From an uncultured Gammaproteobacteria bacterium (GTDB lineage: Bacteria; Pseudomonadota; Gammaproteobacteria; Steroidobacterales; Rariloculaceae), in the NCBI GenBank assembly GCA_963782445.1, contig CAWAJM010000001.1:1822224-1886223 (forward strand): a stretch of 64,000 nt of DNA. The letters run 5' to 3'. The notes under the pieces were generated by a model. That model was given only the letters and a program-made list of their open reading frames with translations. It searched no databases and was not told the DNA's origin. The position numbers were made by a program, and so were the translations under genes. Position 1 is the first letter of the stretch; every line of letters begins with the position of its first letter. Positions 8,748 through 18,185 of this stretch are shown here, piece by piece.

Positions 8748-11387
8748 ATGGCAGAAGTAACGGTCACGGAATTTGCAAAAGTCTTGAAGGTGCCGGTCGA
8801 ACGGCTGCTCGTGCAGCTCGACGAGGCCGGCATCAAGGTCTCGGGCGCCGAGGACAAAATCAGCGAGGATGCGAAGCTCGAGCTGCTCACGCATCTGAGA
8901 CGCACGCACGGCCGCAACGAGGCGAACGCCGCGCCGCGGCGCATTACCCTGAAGCGTAAGTCGCAGAGCGAGCTTCGCCTTGCGGGCAATCAGGGGCGCG
9001 CGCGCACGATCAACGTCGAGGTGCGCAGCAAGCGGACCTACATCAAGCGCGACGTGCTCGAGGAGCAGGCGCGCAAGCAACAGGAAGCGCTCGACGCCCA
9101 GCGTCACGCCCAGGAGGCCGAGCGCGAGGAGGCCGAGCGCGCCGAGCGCGAGAAGCTCGAGGCCGTGGAGCGGGCCCGCCGCGAAGAGGCCGAGCGCGTC
9201 GAGGCCGAGAAGCGCGCCGCCGAGCAGCGCGAGACGGAGGCCCGCCAGCGCGAGGAGGAAGAGTCGCGCCGCCGCGCCGAGGAGGCCGAGGCCGCCAAGC
9301 GCCGCGAGGAAGAAGAGAAGGAAAAGGAACGCCGCGTGGCCTCTCAGCGTGCCGATCAGGAGCGGGCGCCCGCCGCGCCGCGGAGTGTGTCCGCAGCGCC
9401 GAAGGGTGCGAGCGCCGGGCCGAAGGGCGCCGCGCCGAAGGGCGCCGCGCCGAAGGGTGCCGGGGCCAAGGGCGCGTCCGCCGCGCCGAAGCGGGGCAAG
9501 GGTCCCGATCATACGCTGCACGTGGCCGACGGCATGGCCGGCCGGCGGCGCAAGAAGCGCCCGGACCGGCGGCGGTCGTTCGTCAACGTCGGCTCCCAGC
9601 ATGGCTTCGAGCGGCCGACGGCGCCCGTCGTGCGCGAGGTCGAGATCCCGGAGACGATCACGGTCGCAGATCTCGCGCAGCGCATGGCCATCAAGGCGAC
9701 CGAGGCCATCAAGGTGCTCATGAGAATGGGCGTCATGGTCACGATCAATCAGGTCATCGACCAGGACACCGCGGCGCTGCTCGTCGAGGAGCTCGGGCAC
9801 ACGGCGAAGCCTTTGAAGGCCACGGCCATCGAGGACGAGCTGCTCGAGTCCATGGAGGAGGCGACCGAAGGCGAAGCGGTGCCGCGCGCGCCGGTCGTGA
9901 CCGTCATGGGCCACGTCGACCACGGCAAGACCTCGCTCCTCGACTACATCCGCCGAACGCGCGTCGCTTCGGGGGAGGCGGGCGGCATCACGCAGCACAT
10001 CGGCGCCTATCACGTCGAGACGGACAAGGGCCAGATCACGTTCCTCGATACGCCGGGCCATGCCGCGTTCACGGCTATGCGCGCCCGCGGCGCCCAAGTC
10101 ACGGACATCGTGATCCTCGTCGTAGCCGCCGACGACGGCGTCATGCCGCAGACCATCGAGGCCATTCAGCACGCGCGCGCGGCCGGCGTGCCGATGATCG
10201 TTGCCATCAACAAGATGGACCGCGAGGACGCCGATCCCGACCGCGTGCGCAATGAGCTCGCGCAGCAGGACGTGCTGCCGGAGGATTGGGGCGGCGACAC
10301 GCTGTTCGTCAACGTCTCGGCGCATACGGGCCTCGGGGTCGAGGACCTGCTCGAGGCCGTGCTTCTCCAGGCCGAGTTGCTCGACCTCAAGGCCGTGGAC
10401 AAGGGACCGGCCGCCGGTGTCGTCATCGAAGGCAGCCTAGAGCGCGGGCGGGGCGCCGTTGCGACCGTGCTCGTGAACAAGGGCCAGCTCAACATCGGCG
10501 ACATCCTGCTCGCCGGCCAGGAGTACGGGCGCATTCGGGCGATGTTCGACGAGACGGGCGCCGCGATTAAGACCGCGGGGCCGTCGACGCCGGTCGTCGT
10601 GCTGGGCCTTTCGGGCACGCCCTCGGCGGGCGACGACGTGCTCGTCGTGCCCGACGAGCGCAAGGCCCGCGAGGTGGCGGCATTCCGCCACGGACGCGAG
10701 CGTGACGTGAAGCTTGCCCAGCAGCAGGCTGCGAAGCTCGAGGACGTGTTCTCCCAGATGAAGGAGACGGGCAGCGTCAGCGTCCAGCTGCTCATCAAGG
10801 CCGACGTGCACGGCAGCGCCGAGGCGCTCAAGGATGCGCTGCAGAACATCTCGGCGCACGACGTCAAGGTCTCCGTCGTCTCTTCGGGCGTCGGCGGCAT
10901 TACGGAGTCCGACGTGCAGCTCGCCGCGGCCTCGAAGGCCATCGTCATCGGCTTCAATGTCCGCGCGGACGCTGCGGCCCGCAACGTTCTCAAGGACAGC
11001 GGCGTCGACGTGCGTTATTACAGCGTCATCTACGAAGCCATCGACGACATCAAAGCGGCCGTCAGCGGCTTGCTCGCACCCGAGGTGCGCGAGCAGATCG
11101 TCGGTCTGGCCGAGGTCCGCGACGTGTTCCGCTCGCCGAAGTTCGGCCAGGTCGCGGGCTGCATGGTCGTCGACGGCTACGTCCGGCGCGCCAACCCGAT
11201 CCGCGTGCTGCGCGACAACGTCGTGATCTTCGAGGGCCAGCTCGAGTCGCTGCGCCGCTTCAAGGACGACGTGAACGAGGTTCGGGCAGGCACCGAGTGC
11301 GGCATCGGCGTCAAGAACTACAACAACGTCAAGGCCGGCGACCAGATCGAGTGCTATGAACGGACCGAGGTCGCGCGTACGCTGTAA
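8748..11387 (+). CDS. infB: Translation initiation factor IF-2
   Basis: The 879-aa protein has a charged low-complexity N-terminus, the GTPase motifs [13 protein letters not shown] and NKMD, and a conserved C-terminal domain. Confidence 0.97.
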   Translation: MAEVTVTEFAKVLKVPVERLLVQLDEAGIKVSGAEDKISEDAKLELLTHLRRTHGRNEANAAPRRITLKRKSQSELRLAGNQGRARTINVEVRSKRTYIKRDVLEEQARKQQEALDAQRHAQEAEREEAERAEREKLEAVERARREEAERVEAEKRAAEQRETEARQREEEESRRRAEEAEAAKRREEEEKEKERRVASQRADQERAPAAPRSVSAAPKGASAGPKGAAPKGAAPKGAGAKGASAAPKRGKGPDHTLHVADGMAGRRRKKRPDRRRSFVNVGSQHGFERPTAPVVREVEIPETITVADLAQRMAIKATEAIKVLMRMGVMVTINQVIDQDTAALLVEELGHTAKPLKATAIEDELLESMEEATEGEAVPRAPVVTVMGHVDHGKTSLLDYIRRTRVASGEAGGITQHIGAYHVETDKGQITFLDTPGHAAFTAMRARGAQVTDIVILVVAADDGVMPQTIEAIQHARAAGVPMIVAINKMDREDADPDRVRNELAQQDVLPEDWGGDTLFVNVSAHTGLGVEDLLEAVLLQAELLDLKAVDKGPAAGVVIEGSLERGRGAVATVLVNKGQLNIGDILLAGQEYGRIRAMFDETGAAIKTAGPSTPVVVLGLSGTPSAGDDVLVVPDERKAREVAAFRHGRERDVKLAQQQAAKLEDVFSQMKETGSVSVQLLIKADVHGSAEALKDALQNISAHDVKVSVVSSGVGGITESDVQLAAASKAIVIGFNVRADAAARNVLKDSGVDVRYYSVIYEAIDDIKAAVSGLLAPEVREQIVGLAEVRDVFRSPKFGQVAGCMVVDGYVRRANPIRVLRDNVVIFEGQLESLRRFKDDVNEVRAGTECGIGVKNYNNVKAGDQIECYERTEVARTL

Positions 11388-11390
11388 GAC

Positions 11391-11837
11391 ATGCCTCGCG
11401 CGTACTCGAGAAAGCTGCGCGTCGGCGCGGAACTGCAGCGGCTCTTGAACGAGCTGCTCTATGCGGACGTCAAGGATCCGCGGCTTGCCGGCGTCACGGT
11501 CACGGAAGTGCAGGTCAGCGGAGACCTCGGCGTTGCCAAGGTCTATTACTCGACGCTGGACCCGGACCAGGACGTCGCGGAGATCGCGGCGGCGTTTCGC
11601 AAGGGGGCGGGCTTTCTGCGCTCGCGCATCGGCCACTCGCTGCAGCTGCGCCGTGTGCCGGAGCTGCATTTCGTGCACGACTTGAGCGCTCGCCGCGGGG
11701 CCGAGCTCAGCCGGCTCATCGACGAGGCGCAAGGCGGGCCGGCCGAGGACAGGTCCGCGGAGGGCTCGGGCCCACGCGAGGACGATCGGGGCCTCGACGA
11801 CGACGACGCGGACGACGCGGACGGCGTTCGCGACTGA
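11391..11837 (+). CDS. rbfA: Ribosome-binding factor A with an acidic C-terminal tail
   Basis: RVGAELQRLLNELL...DPRL..VTVTEVQVSGDL..AKVYYS is the RbfA signature. The gene lies between infB and truB. Confidence 0.9.
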   Translation: MPRAYSRKLRVGAELQRLLNELLYADVKDPRLAGVTVTEVQVSGDLGVAKVYYSTLDPDQDVAEIAAAFRKGAGFLRSRIGHSLQLRRVPELHFVHDLSARRGAELSRLIDEAQGGPAEDRSAEGSGPREDDRGLDDDDADDADGVRD

Positions 11838-11854
11838 CCCCGCTTCCGATCGGA

Positions 11855-12772
11855 ATGGGAAGAAGACGCGCAACCGGGCGCGATGTGCGCGGCGTCGTGC
11901 TGCTCGACAAGCCGCGCGGGCTCACGTCGAACCAGGCGCTGCAGCGCGTCAAGCGCCTCTATGGGGCGGCCAAGGCCGGTCACACCGGCAGCCTCGACCC
12001 GCTGGCGACCGGCATGCTGCCGATCTGCTTCGGCGCTGCGACCCGGGTCTCGGGCTATTTGCTCGATGCCGCCAAGACCTATGCGGTCACTGCGACGTTC
12101 GGGACGGCCACGGACACGGCGGACGCGGACGGCAGCGTGATCGGCCGCAGCGAGGTGCCGCCCACGGACGAGCCCCGCTTGCGGGCCGTGCTCGGCTCGT
12201 TTCTGGGCGAGAGCGAGCAAGTGCCGCCCATGTACTCCGCTCTGAAGCGCGAAGGCGTTCGTCTGTACGATCTCGCGCGCCGCGGCATCGAGGTCGAGCG
12301 GGCGCCGCGCCGCGTGCTCATCCATTCGATCGGGCTCGAGGCCCTGCGGTGGCCGGAATGCGACTTCACGGTCAGTTGCTCCAAGGGCACCTACGTGCGG
12401 TCGCTCGTCGTCGATATCGCCGCTGCGCTCGGCACCCTCGGACACGTCAAGGCGCTGCGGCGCCTGGCGGTGGGCCCGTTCGCGGCCCAGGCCATGGTGG
12501 ATTTCGAGTCGCTGGAGCGGACCGCCGTCGAACGTGGCAGCGCGGGTCTCGACGCGCTGTTGCTGCCGGTCGACAGCGCGCTGGCCGATCGGCCCCGTCT
12601 CGCCCTGCGGCGAGCGGCGGCGCGGGCGCTGCTCGACGGCCAGCGGCCTCTGCCGGAGCCGGCTTGGCCGCGTGGGCTCGTGCGGCTCTATGCCGAAGAT
12701 GGGGGCTTCATCGGCATCGGCGAGGTTTCCGAAGCCGGGGAACTCGTGCCTCGGCGCTTATTTCGCGCGTGA
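11855..12772 (+). CDS. truB: tRNA pseudouridine-55 synthase TruB
   Basis: GVVLLDKPRGLTSNQALQRVKRLY...KAGHTGSLDPLATGMLPICFG contains the catalytic Asp motif. Confidence 0.93.
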   Translation: MGRRRATGRDVRGVVLLDKPRGLTSNQALQRVKRLYGAAKAGHTGSLDPLATGMLPICFGAATRVSGYLLDAAKTYAVTATFGTATDTADADGSVIGRSEVPPTDEPRLRAVLGSFLGESEQVPPMYSALKREGVRLYDLARRGIEVERAPRRVLIHSIGLEALRWPECDFTVSCSKGTYVRSLVVDIAAALGTLGHVKALRRLAVGPFAAQAMVDFESLERTAVERGSAGLDALLLPVDSALADRPRLALRRAAARALLDGQRPLPEPAWPRGLVRLYAEDGGFIGIGEVSEAGELVPRRLFRA

Positions 12773-12777
12773 AGCGC

Positions 12778-12807
12778 TTGGAGCGCGCTGGAAAGTCGGG
12801 GTAAAAT
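12778..12807 (+). promoter_or_regulatory. Candidate sigma-70 promoter for rpsO
   Basis: TTGGAG-N18-TAAAAT lies about 70 nt upstream of the rpsO ATG. Confidence 0.35.
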
Positions 12808-12875
12808 CGCCGGCTTTATAGCGCAAGGTATAAGTCAAGCAGGGCTGCCCACGGGGTGGTCTGGAGTGAATCAGC

Positions 12876-13145
12876 ATGGCTCTGAATGCCGAAAAGAAAT
12901 CCGAGATAATTACCGAATATCAGCGTGACGCGTCGGACACGGGTTCGCCCGAGGTGCAGGTGGCCCTGCTCTCGGCCCGGATCAGTCAGCTCACGCAACA
13001 CTTCGACGCCCATCACAAGGACCATCATTCGCGCCGCGGTTTGCTGCGCATGGTCAATCAGCGCCGCAAGCTGCTCGATTACCTGAAGAAGATCGATCAG
13101 GACCGCTACCAGCGTCTGATCGGCCGTCTCGGATTGAGGCGTTGA
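12876..13145 (+). CDS. rpsO: 30S ribosomal protein S15
   Basis: The 89-aa protein reads [16 protein letters not shown]...[26 protein letters not shown]. Confidence 0.97.
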   Translation: MALNAEKKSEIITEYQRDASDTGSPEVQVALLSARISQLTQHFDAHHKDHHSRRGLLRMVNQRRKLLDYLKKIDQDRYQRLIGRLGLRR

Positions 13146-13165
13146 ACCCTGCCGTTTCGCCATCG

Positions 13166-13200
13166 GAGCCGGACGAGTGTCCCGGCTCTGATTCTATTGT
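13166..13200 (+). terminator. rpsO terminator / pnp leader hairpin
   Basis: The GAGCCGG...CCGGCTC stem is followed by the T-rich TGATTCTATTGTT. It lies between rpsO and pnp, where E. coli has the rpsO terminator and RNase III-processed pnp leader. Confidence 0.5.
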
Positions 13201-13272
13201 TGCCCGCCACGCACACCCCGTGCCGCAGCGTCCGGCGACGGCCCGTGCACGCTTATTGCAAGGACATTAGCA

Positions 13273-15354
13273 GTGAAAGCCAGCAGAACATTCAAGTATG
13301 GCGCGCATGACGTGACCATCGAGACGGGCGTCGTCGCGCGCCAGGCCGACGGCGCGGTGCTCGTGAGCATGGCCGACACCGTCGTGCTCGTGACTGCGGT
13401 GGGACAGAAGCAGGACGTCGAAGGCCGAGACTTCTTCCCGCTGACCGTCAACTATCAGGAACGGACCTACGCGGCCGGCCGCATACCGGGCGGGTTCTTC
13501 AAGCGCGAGGGCCGGCCCAGCGAGAAGGAGACGCTGACCTCGCGGCTCATCGATCGGCCGATCCGACCGCTGTTCCCCAAGGGCTTCATGCGCGAAGTGC
13601 AGGTCATTGCGACCGTCCTGTCCATGAACCCCGAGATCGATCCGGATATTCCGGCGATGCTCGGCGCTTCGGCCGCGCTGACGCTGTCCGGCATGCCGTT
13701 TCTCGGGCCCATCGGCGGCGCGCGCGTCGGCTATCGTGACGGCGAGTATGTGCTGAACCCGACGTTCACGGAAGTCGGCGCCTCGGAGCTCGATCTCGTC
13801 GTAGCGGGCACGGCCGACGCCGTGCTCATGGTCGAGTCGCAGGCGAAGATGCTCTCGGAAGAGGTCATGCTCGGCGCCGTCATGTTCGGGCACGAGCAGA
13901 TGCAGAAGGCTATCGAGGCCATCAAGTCGCTGGCCCAGGAGGCCGGCAAGGCGTCGATCGAATGGGCGGCCCCGACGCCGGACGAGGCGCTTGCACGCTC
14001 GGTCGAGCAGGCCGTGGCCCAGCAACTCGGCGAGGCCTACGACATCGTCGAGAAGCAGGCGCGCCACGCGCGGGTTTCGGAGCTGCGTCAGGAGTGCCTG
14101 GCTTCGCTGGCCGATCCCGAGTCCTCCAACTGGACGGCAGCCCAAGTCGAGAGCGAATTCCAGAAGCTCGAAAAGCGCATCGTCCGCGGCCGCATCATCC
14201 GAGGCGAGCGCCGTATCGACGGCCGCGACACGCGTACCGTGCGCCCGATCTCGATCAACGTCGGCGTGCTGCCCCGCACCCACGGCTCGGCGCTGTTCAC
14301 GCGCGGCGAGACGCAGGCGCTCGTCGTCACGACGCTCGGCACGGGCCGCGATGCGCAGATCATCGACGCGCTCGAGGGCGAGCGGCGCGATCCGTTCATG
14401 CTTCACTATAATTTTCCGCCGTATAGCGTTGGAGAAACAGGATTTATCGGCTCGCCAAAACGCCGAGAGATTGGGCATGGGCGGCTGGCCCGGCGCGGTA
14501 TCTCCGCCGTCATGCCGGACATGGAGACCTATCCCTACGTGATCCGCATCGTCTCGGAAATCACCGAGTCGAACGGCTCGAGCTCCATGGCCTCGATCTG
14601 CGGCGCGAGCCTCTCGCTCATGGACGCGGGGGTCACCATCAAGGCGCCGGTCGCGGGCGTCGCGATGGGGCTTATCAAGGAGGGCGACGACTTCGTCGTG
14701 CTGACCGACATCCTCGGGGACGAGGACCACCTAGGGGACATGGATTTCAAGGTCGCCGGCACGACCGACGGCGTGACGGCGCTGCAGATGGACATCAAGA
14801 TCGCGGGTATCACGCGCGAGATCATGCGCAACGCGCTCGATCAGGCGCGCGAGGGACGGCTGCACATCCTCGATAAGATGAATGCCGTGCTCAACAAGCC
14901 CCGCGAGACGATGTCGGACTGGGCGCCGAGCATCATCACGATCAAGATCGATCCCGAGAAGATCCGCGACGTCATCGGCAAGGGCGGCGCCGTGATCCGG
15001 GCGATCACCGAAGAGACGGGTGCGACCGTCGACATCGAGAACGACGGCACCGTCAAGATCGCGTCCGTGGACGCGGCCTCGGGCCGGGCGGCGCGCGAAC
15101 GCATCGAGCTCATCACGGCCGACGTCGAAGTGGGCCGCATCTACGAAGGCAAGGTCGTGCGCCTCATGGACTTCGGCGCGTTCGTCGCGATTCTGCCGGG
15201 CCGCGACGGCCTCGTGCACATTTCGCAGATCTCGAACGAGCGCGTGGAGCGCGTCAGCGACAAGCTCAAGGAAGGCGACGTCGTCAAGGTCAAGGTGCTC
15301 GAGGTGGATCGGCAGGGGCGCATTCGACTCAGCATGCGCGACGTTGAGAGCTGA
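13273..15354 (+). CDS. pnp: Polyribonucleotide nucleotidyltransferase (PNPase)
   Basis: The 693-aa protein starts at a GTG and has two RNase PH domains, a KH domain ([11 protein letters not shown]) and an S1 domain ([13 protein letters not shown]). Confidence 0.97.
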   Translation: MKASRTFKYGAHDVTIETGVVARQADGAVLVSMADTVVLVTAVGQKQDVEGRDFFPLTVNYQERTYAAGRIPGGFFKREGRPSEKETLTSRLIDRPIRPLFPKGFMREVQVIATVLSMNPEIDPDIPAMLGASAALTLSGMPFLGPIGGARVGYRDGEYVLNPTFTEVGASELDLVVAGTADAVLMVESQAKMLSEEVMLGAVMFGHEQMQKAIEAIKSLAQEAGKASIEWAAPTPDEALARSVEQAVAQQLGEAYDIVEKQARHARVSELRQECLASLADPESSNWTAAQVESEFQKLEKRIVRGRIIRGERRIDGRDTRTVRPISINVGVLPRTHGSALFTRGETQALVVTTLGTGRDAQIIDALEGERRDPFMLHYNFPPYSVGETGFIGSPKRREIGHGRLARRGISAVMPDMETYPYVIRIVSEITESNGSSSMASICGASLSLMDAGVTIKAPVAGVAMGLIKEGDDFVVLTDILGDEDHLGDMDFKVAGTTDGVTALQMDIKIAGITREIMRNALDQAREGRLHILDKMNAVLNKPRETMSDWAPSIITIKIDPEKIRDVIGKGGAVIRAITEETGATVDIENDGTVKIASVDAASGRAARERIELITADVEVGRIYEGKVVRLMDFGAFVAILPGRDGLVHISQISNERVERVSDKLKEGDVVKVKVLEVDRQGRIRLSMRDVES

Positions 15355-15400
15355 GGTCGACTGCATGCTTCATGAACGGGTTGGGGCTTCGGCGGTGGCC

Positions 15401-15515
15401 GGAGTCTCGTGCCGACGGGCGCTTTCGGGGACGGCGTGAATCCCTCCCTGGAGCCTCCGTAGCCCGCCATCCCTGGCGCGCACGGCCCCGAAAGCGCCCG
15501 TCGGCACGAGACTCC
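15401..15515. repeat. 115-bp element with perfect 30-bp inverted arms and a 55-nt spacer
   Basis: GGAGTCTCGTGCCGACGGGCGCTTTCGGGG (15401-15430) is the exact reverse complement of 15486-15515. The element lies between the convergent pnp and gluQ genes. Confidence 0.85.
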
Positions 15516-15630
15516 TCTGCGGCGGCACCAGCCGTTCACGAATCACGCTGCCACGGCGCCAGGACGGTGTCGGGACCGCCCTCACGACGAGCCTGAAGCC
15601 CGCCGCCGGCGTTCCCCGCCGATGCCGCCG

Positions 15631-16512
15631 TCACTCCATTGTGCTGCGGCCCGCGAGCCGGCGGATGTCCCACGTGCCGAGCGCCCACTGCCAGAGTTCT
15701 GCCGGCGGCGCGCCGTGGAGCGCGGACGGGGGCGGTGCGCCGAGGCGGGCGAGGGTGCGTGCGACGGTGCCGGACGGGTGCGCAAGGTCGACGGGCCGCG
15801 CGCCGGCCTGTTTCGAGAGCTTCGTGCCGGCCGCATCCACGAGGACGGGGATGTGGAAATACGCGGGCGTCGGCAACCGCAGGGCGCCCTGCAAGTGGTG
15901 CTGGGCGGCCGTGGAGTCCAGCAGATCGCTGCCGCGCACGATCGTCGTGACGCCCTCGAGCGCATCGTCGACGACGGCCGCGAGGTGATAGGCCGGGAGC
16001 CCGTCGCGGCGCCGGATCACGTAGTCGCCCTGTCGCTCGAGCGTATGCTTCGGAATCGGGCCGCGAAGGCCGTCGACGGGCGGGGAGTCGACATTATCGA
16101 CGCGCATGCGGATAGCCGTGTCTCCGGCTTGGAGGCCGAGGTCTCGGCAGGTGCCGGGGTACGCCGGGCTGCCGGGGTGGCTAGCCTCGTAGGCCCGGAG
16201 CTCGCTGCGGCTGCAGCGGCACCGGAAGCCTCGGCCCTCGGCGAGCAGACGCAGCGCAACGGCCTCGTAGAGCTCGAAGTGTTCGCTTTGGTAGAGAACG
16301 CTTCGGTCCCAACGCAGCGCGAGCGCCTCGAGTGCGCGCTGAATGGCGGCGGCCGCGCCCGGCACTTCCCGCGGCGGGTCGATATCGTCGATGCGGAGCA
16401 GCCACTCGCCGCCGGCTTGGCGCGCATGCAGAAAGCTCGCAGCCGCCGCCAGCAAGGACCCTTCGTGCAGGGGACCCGTCGGGGAAGGCGCGAATCGGCC
16501 GACGTAGCTCAC
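15631..16512 (-). CDS. gluQ: Glutamyl-Q tRNA(Asp) synthetase
   Basis: GRFAPSPTGPLHEGSLLAA (HIGH-type motif) is followed by a truncated GluRS catalytic core and LSKQ. The gene lies downstream of dksA, as in E. coli dksA-gluQ. Confidence 0.9.
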   Translation of the reverse strand: MSYVGRFAPSPTGPLHEGSLLAAAASFLHARQAGGEWLLRIDDIDPPREVPGAAAAIQRALEALALRWDRSVLYQSEHFELYEAVALRLLAEGRGFRCRCSRSELRAYEASHPGSPAYPGTCRDLGLQAGDTAIRMRVDNVDSPPVDGLRGPIPKHTLERQGDYVIRRRDGLPAYHLAAVVDDALEGVTTIVRGSDLLDSTAAQHHLQGALRLPTPAYFHIPVLVDAAGTKLSKQAGARPVDLAHPSGTVARTLARLGAPPPSALHGAPPAELWQWALGTWDIRRLAGRSTME

Positions 16513-16576
16513 GAGGCGTAGACCGCCGCGGCCGCGTCAGTGCGCCGCGGCGACTGCTTCGCGGGCCGACCGGCGG

Positions 16577-17542
16577 TCAGCGATAGTAGTCCTCGCGGTC
16601 ACGGAATTGCCGCTCGGCCAATTCCCGCCGTTCCTGCGCTTCGACGCACAAAGTCGCGACGGGCCGCGCCTCGAGACGGCGCAGTCCGATCTCGTCCCCG
16701 GTCTCCTCACAGTAGCCGTAGCTGCGATCTTCGATGCGCTGCAGCGCCGAATCGATCTTCTTGAGGAGCTTGCGCTCGCGGTCCCGAGTGCGCAGCTCGA
16801 GGCCGAACTCGGACTCCTGCGTGGCCCGGTCGTTCGGATCCGGGAAATTGGCTGCCTCGTCCTTTAGGTGCAGCATGGTGCGGTCCACTTCCTCCATGAG
16901 CTCGCGCTTCCAGGCTAACAGGATGTTGCGGAAGTGCTCGAGTTGCCCGTCGCTCATGTAGGGCTCGCCGCGCTTGGGTTGATAGGGCTCGAATCCCCGC
17001 ACGGGCCCCGTCAGGAGGCTCTTGCCCGCATTGACGCGAATGCCGCTGGTGGCGGCCGGCGTCTGCGCGGGCCGGCTCGTCGCGACCGTGCTGTGCTTGG
17101 ATCCGGAATCTTTCTTCGAATTCGCTGGTTTAGCCACTACTGCCTTTTTCGAAAGGGGTGTCTTCCTCTTCGATGCAGACTTCGGTGTGCTCGAGGCCGT
17201 TTGCGCGGCCGCGGGCTTGCCCGCCGAAGTCTTCTTCTTCGAAGTCCTTTTCTTGCTCGACGCAGCCGCCGGTGCAGCGGTCTTCTTGCGCGTCGTGCCC
17301 GTTGTCTTCTTTTTTTGCGTGCCCCTGCTCGGGGACGCCTTTTTCGTCGCCGTCTTCTTGGCGGAGGTCTTCTTGGCAGAGGTCTTCTTAACGGAAGCTT
17401 TCTTCGTCGACCGTTTTGCGACTTTTTTACGACCGGCCACGGCCGAGCCGCTCACGGCCTTCTTCCGCGAAGCTGCCCCTGCTGATTTCCCGCTGCCGCC
17501 TGTCTTTTTTTTCTTCTTGGCGGCTGCCTGTCTTGCCGGCAT
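16577..17542 (-). CDS. dksA: RNA polymerase-binding factor DksA with a long Lys-rich N-terminal extension and a CxxT/CxxA motif
   Basis: The C-terminal roughly 145 aa align with E. coli DksA (FPDPNDRATQE..., LELRTRDRERKLLKKI, GYCEETGDEIGLRRLEARPVATLCVEAQ). The ATG at 17542 is preceded by GGAGG with an 8-nt spacer; the listed TTG at 17557 overlaps that SD. Confidence 0.85.
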   Translation of the reverse strand: MPARQAAAKKKKKTGGSGKSAGAASRKKAVSGSAVAGRKKVAKRSTKKASVKKTSAKKTSAKKTATKKASPSRGTQKKKTTGTTRKKTAAPAAASSKKRTSKKKTSAGKPAAAQTASSTPKSASKRKTPLSKKAVVAKPANSKKDSGSKHSTVATSRPAQTPAATSGIRVNAGKSLLTGPVRGFEPYQPKRGEPYMSDGQLEHFRNILLAWKRELMEEVDRTMLHLKDEAANFPDPNDRATQESEFGLELRTRDRERKLLKKIDSALQRIEDRSYGYCEETGDEIGLRRLEARPVATLCVEAQERRELAERQFRDREDYYR

Positions 17543-17624
17543 ATGTCTCGCCTCCAAGAGGGACTACCACGAAAGCGGCGATTATACATACGGCGCGGCC
17601 GAGCGGAAGCCTCAATTTCGCGTC

Positions 17625-18047
17625 TCAGCGTGCTCCTGGGAGAGGCGGCAGGGAGGGGGCTTCGGACGGCTGCCAGCCGGGTCGCCGATGCTCCGCTGTA
17701 ACCGTGGTATAGATGCCGCCGCGGACGTTGAATTCCGCGGTGAGGCGAAGAAATCGCGGCCGCAGGGCCTGCACGAGGTCGTCGACGATCTGGTTCGTGA
17801 CCGCTTCGTGAAAGGCGCCCACGTCCCGATAGGACCAGACGTAGAGCTTCAGGGACTTGAGCTCCACGCAGTCGGCGTCCGGGACGTATTCGAGGTGCAG
17901 GGTCGCGAAGTCCGGCTGCCCGGTTTTCGGGCACAGGCAAGTGAACTCCGGAATCCTGATCCGAATCGTGTAATCGCGGCTCGGATGGGGATTTTCGAAG
18001 GTCTCGAGGGGCTCTCGGGAAGGGTCGGGTCTTTCTGTGCTGGGCAC
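17625..18047 (-). CDS. queF: NADPH-dependent 7-cyano-7-deazaguanine reductase (unimodular QueF)
   Basis: The 140-aa protein has the catalytic Cys context [14 protein letters not shown] and the QueF motif [13 protein letters not shown]. Confidence 0.9.
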   Translation of the reverse strand: MPSTERPDPSREPLETFENPHPSRDYTIRIRIPEFTCLCPKTGQPDFATLHLEYVPDADCVELKSLKLYVWSYRDVGAFHEAVTNQIVDDLVQALRPRFLRLTAEFNVRGGIYTTVTAEHRRPGWQPSEAPSLPPLPGAR

Positions 18048-18185
18048 GGGAAAAAAGGCTCCAGGGGGCGCAAATCGGCCCCAGAATAAGCGTCGTGTTG
18101 CGGTTCTTTTTACTTTACACTACCGGCCCCAAGACGGGTATGCGGCCCGAGCTCCACTCAACGACTCACTACAGCGTGCCTCCCT

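Noticed and set aside
17022-18089. A 355-aa plus-strand ORF covering the dksA tail and queF region.
   Set aside because: It is antisense to two well-supported genes. Its Phe/Leu/Ala-rich translation is the mirror of the Lys-rich dksA tail.
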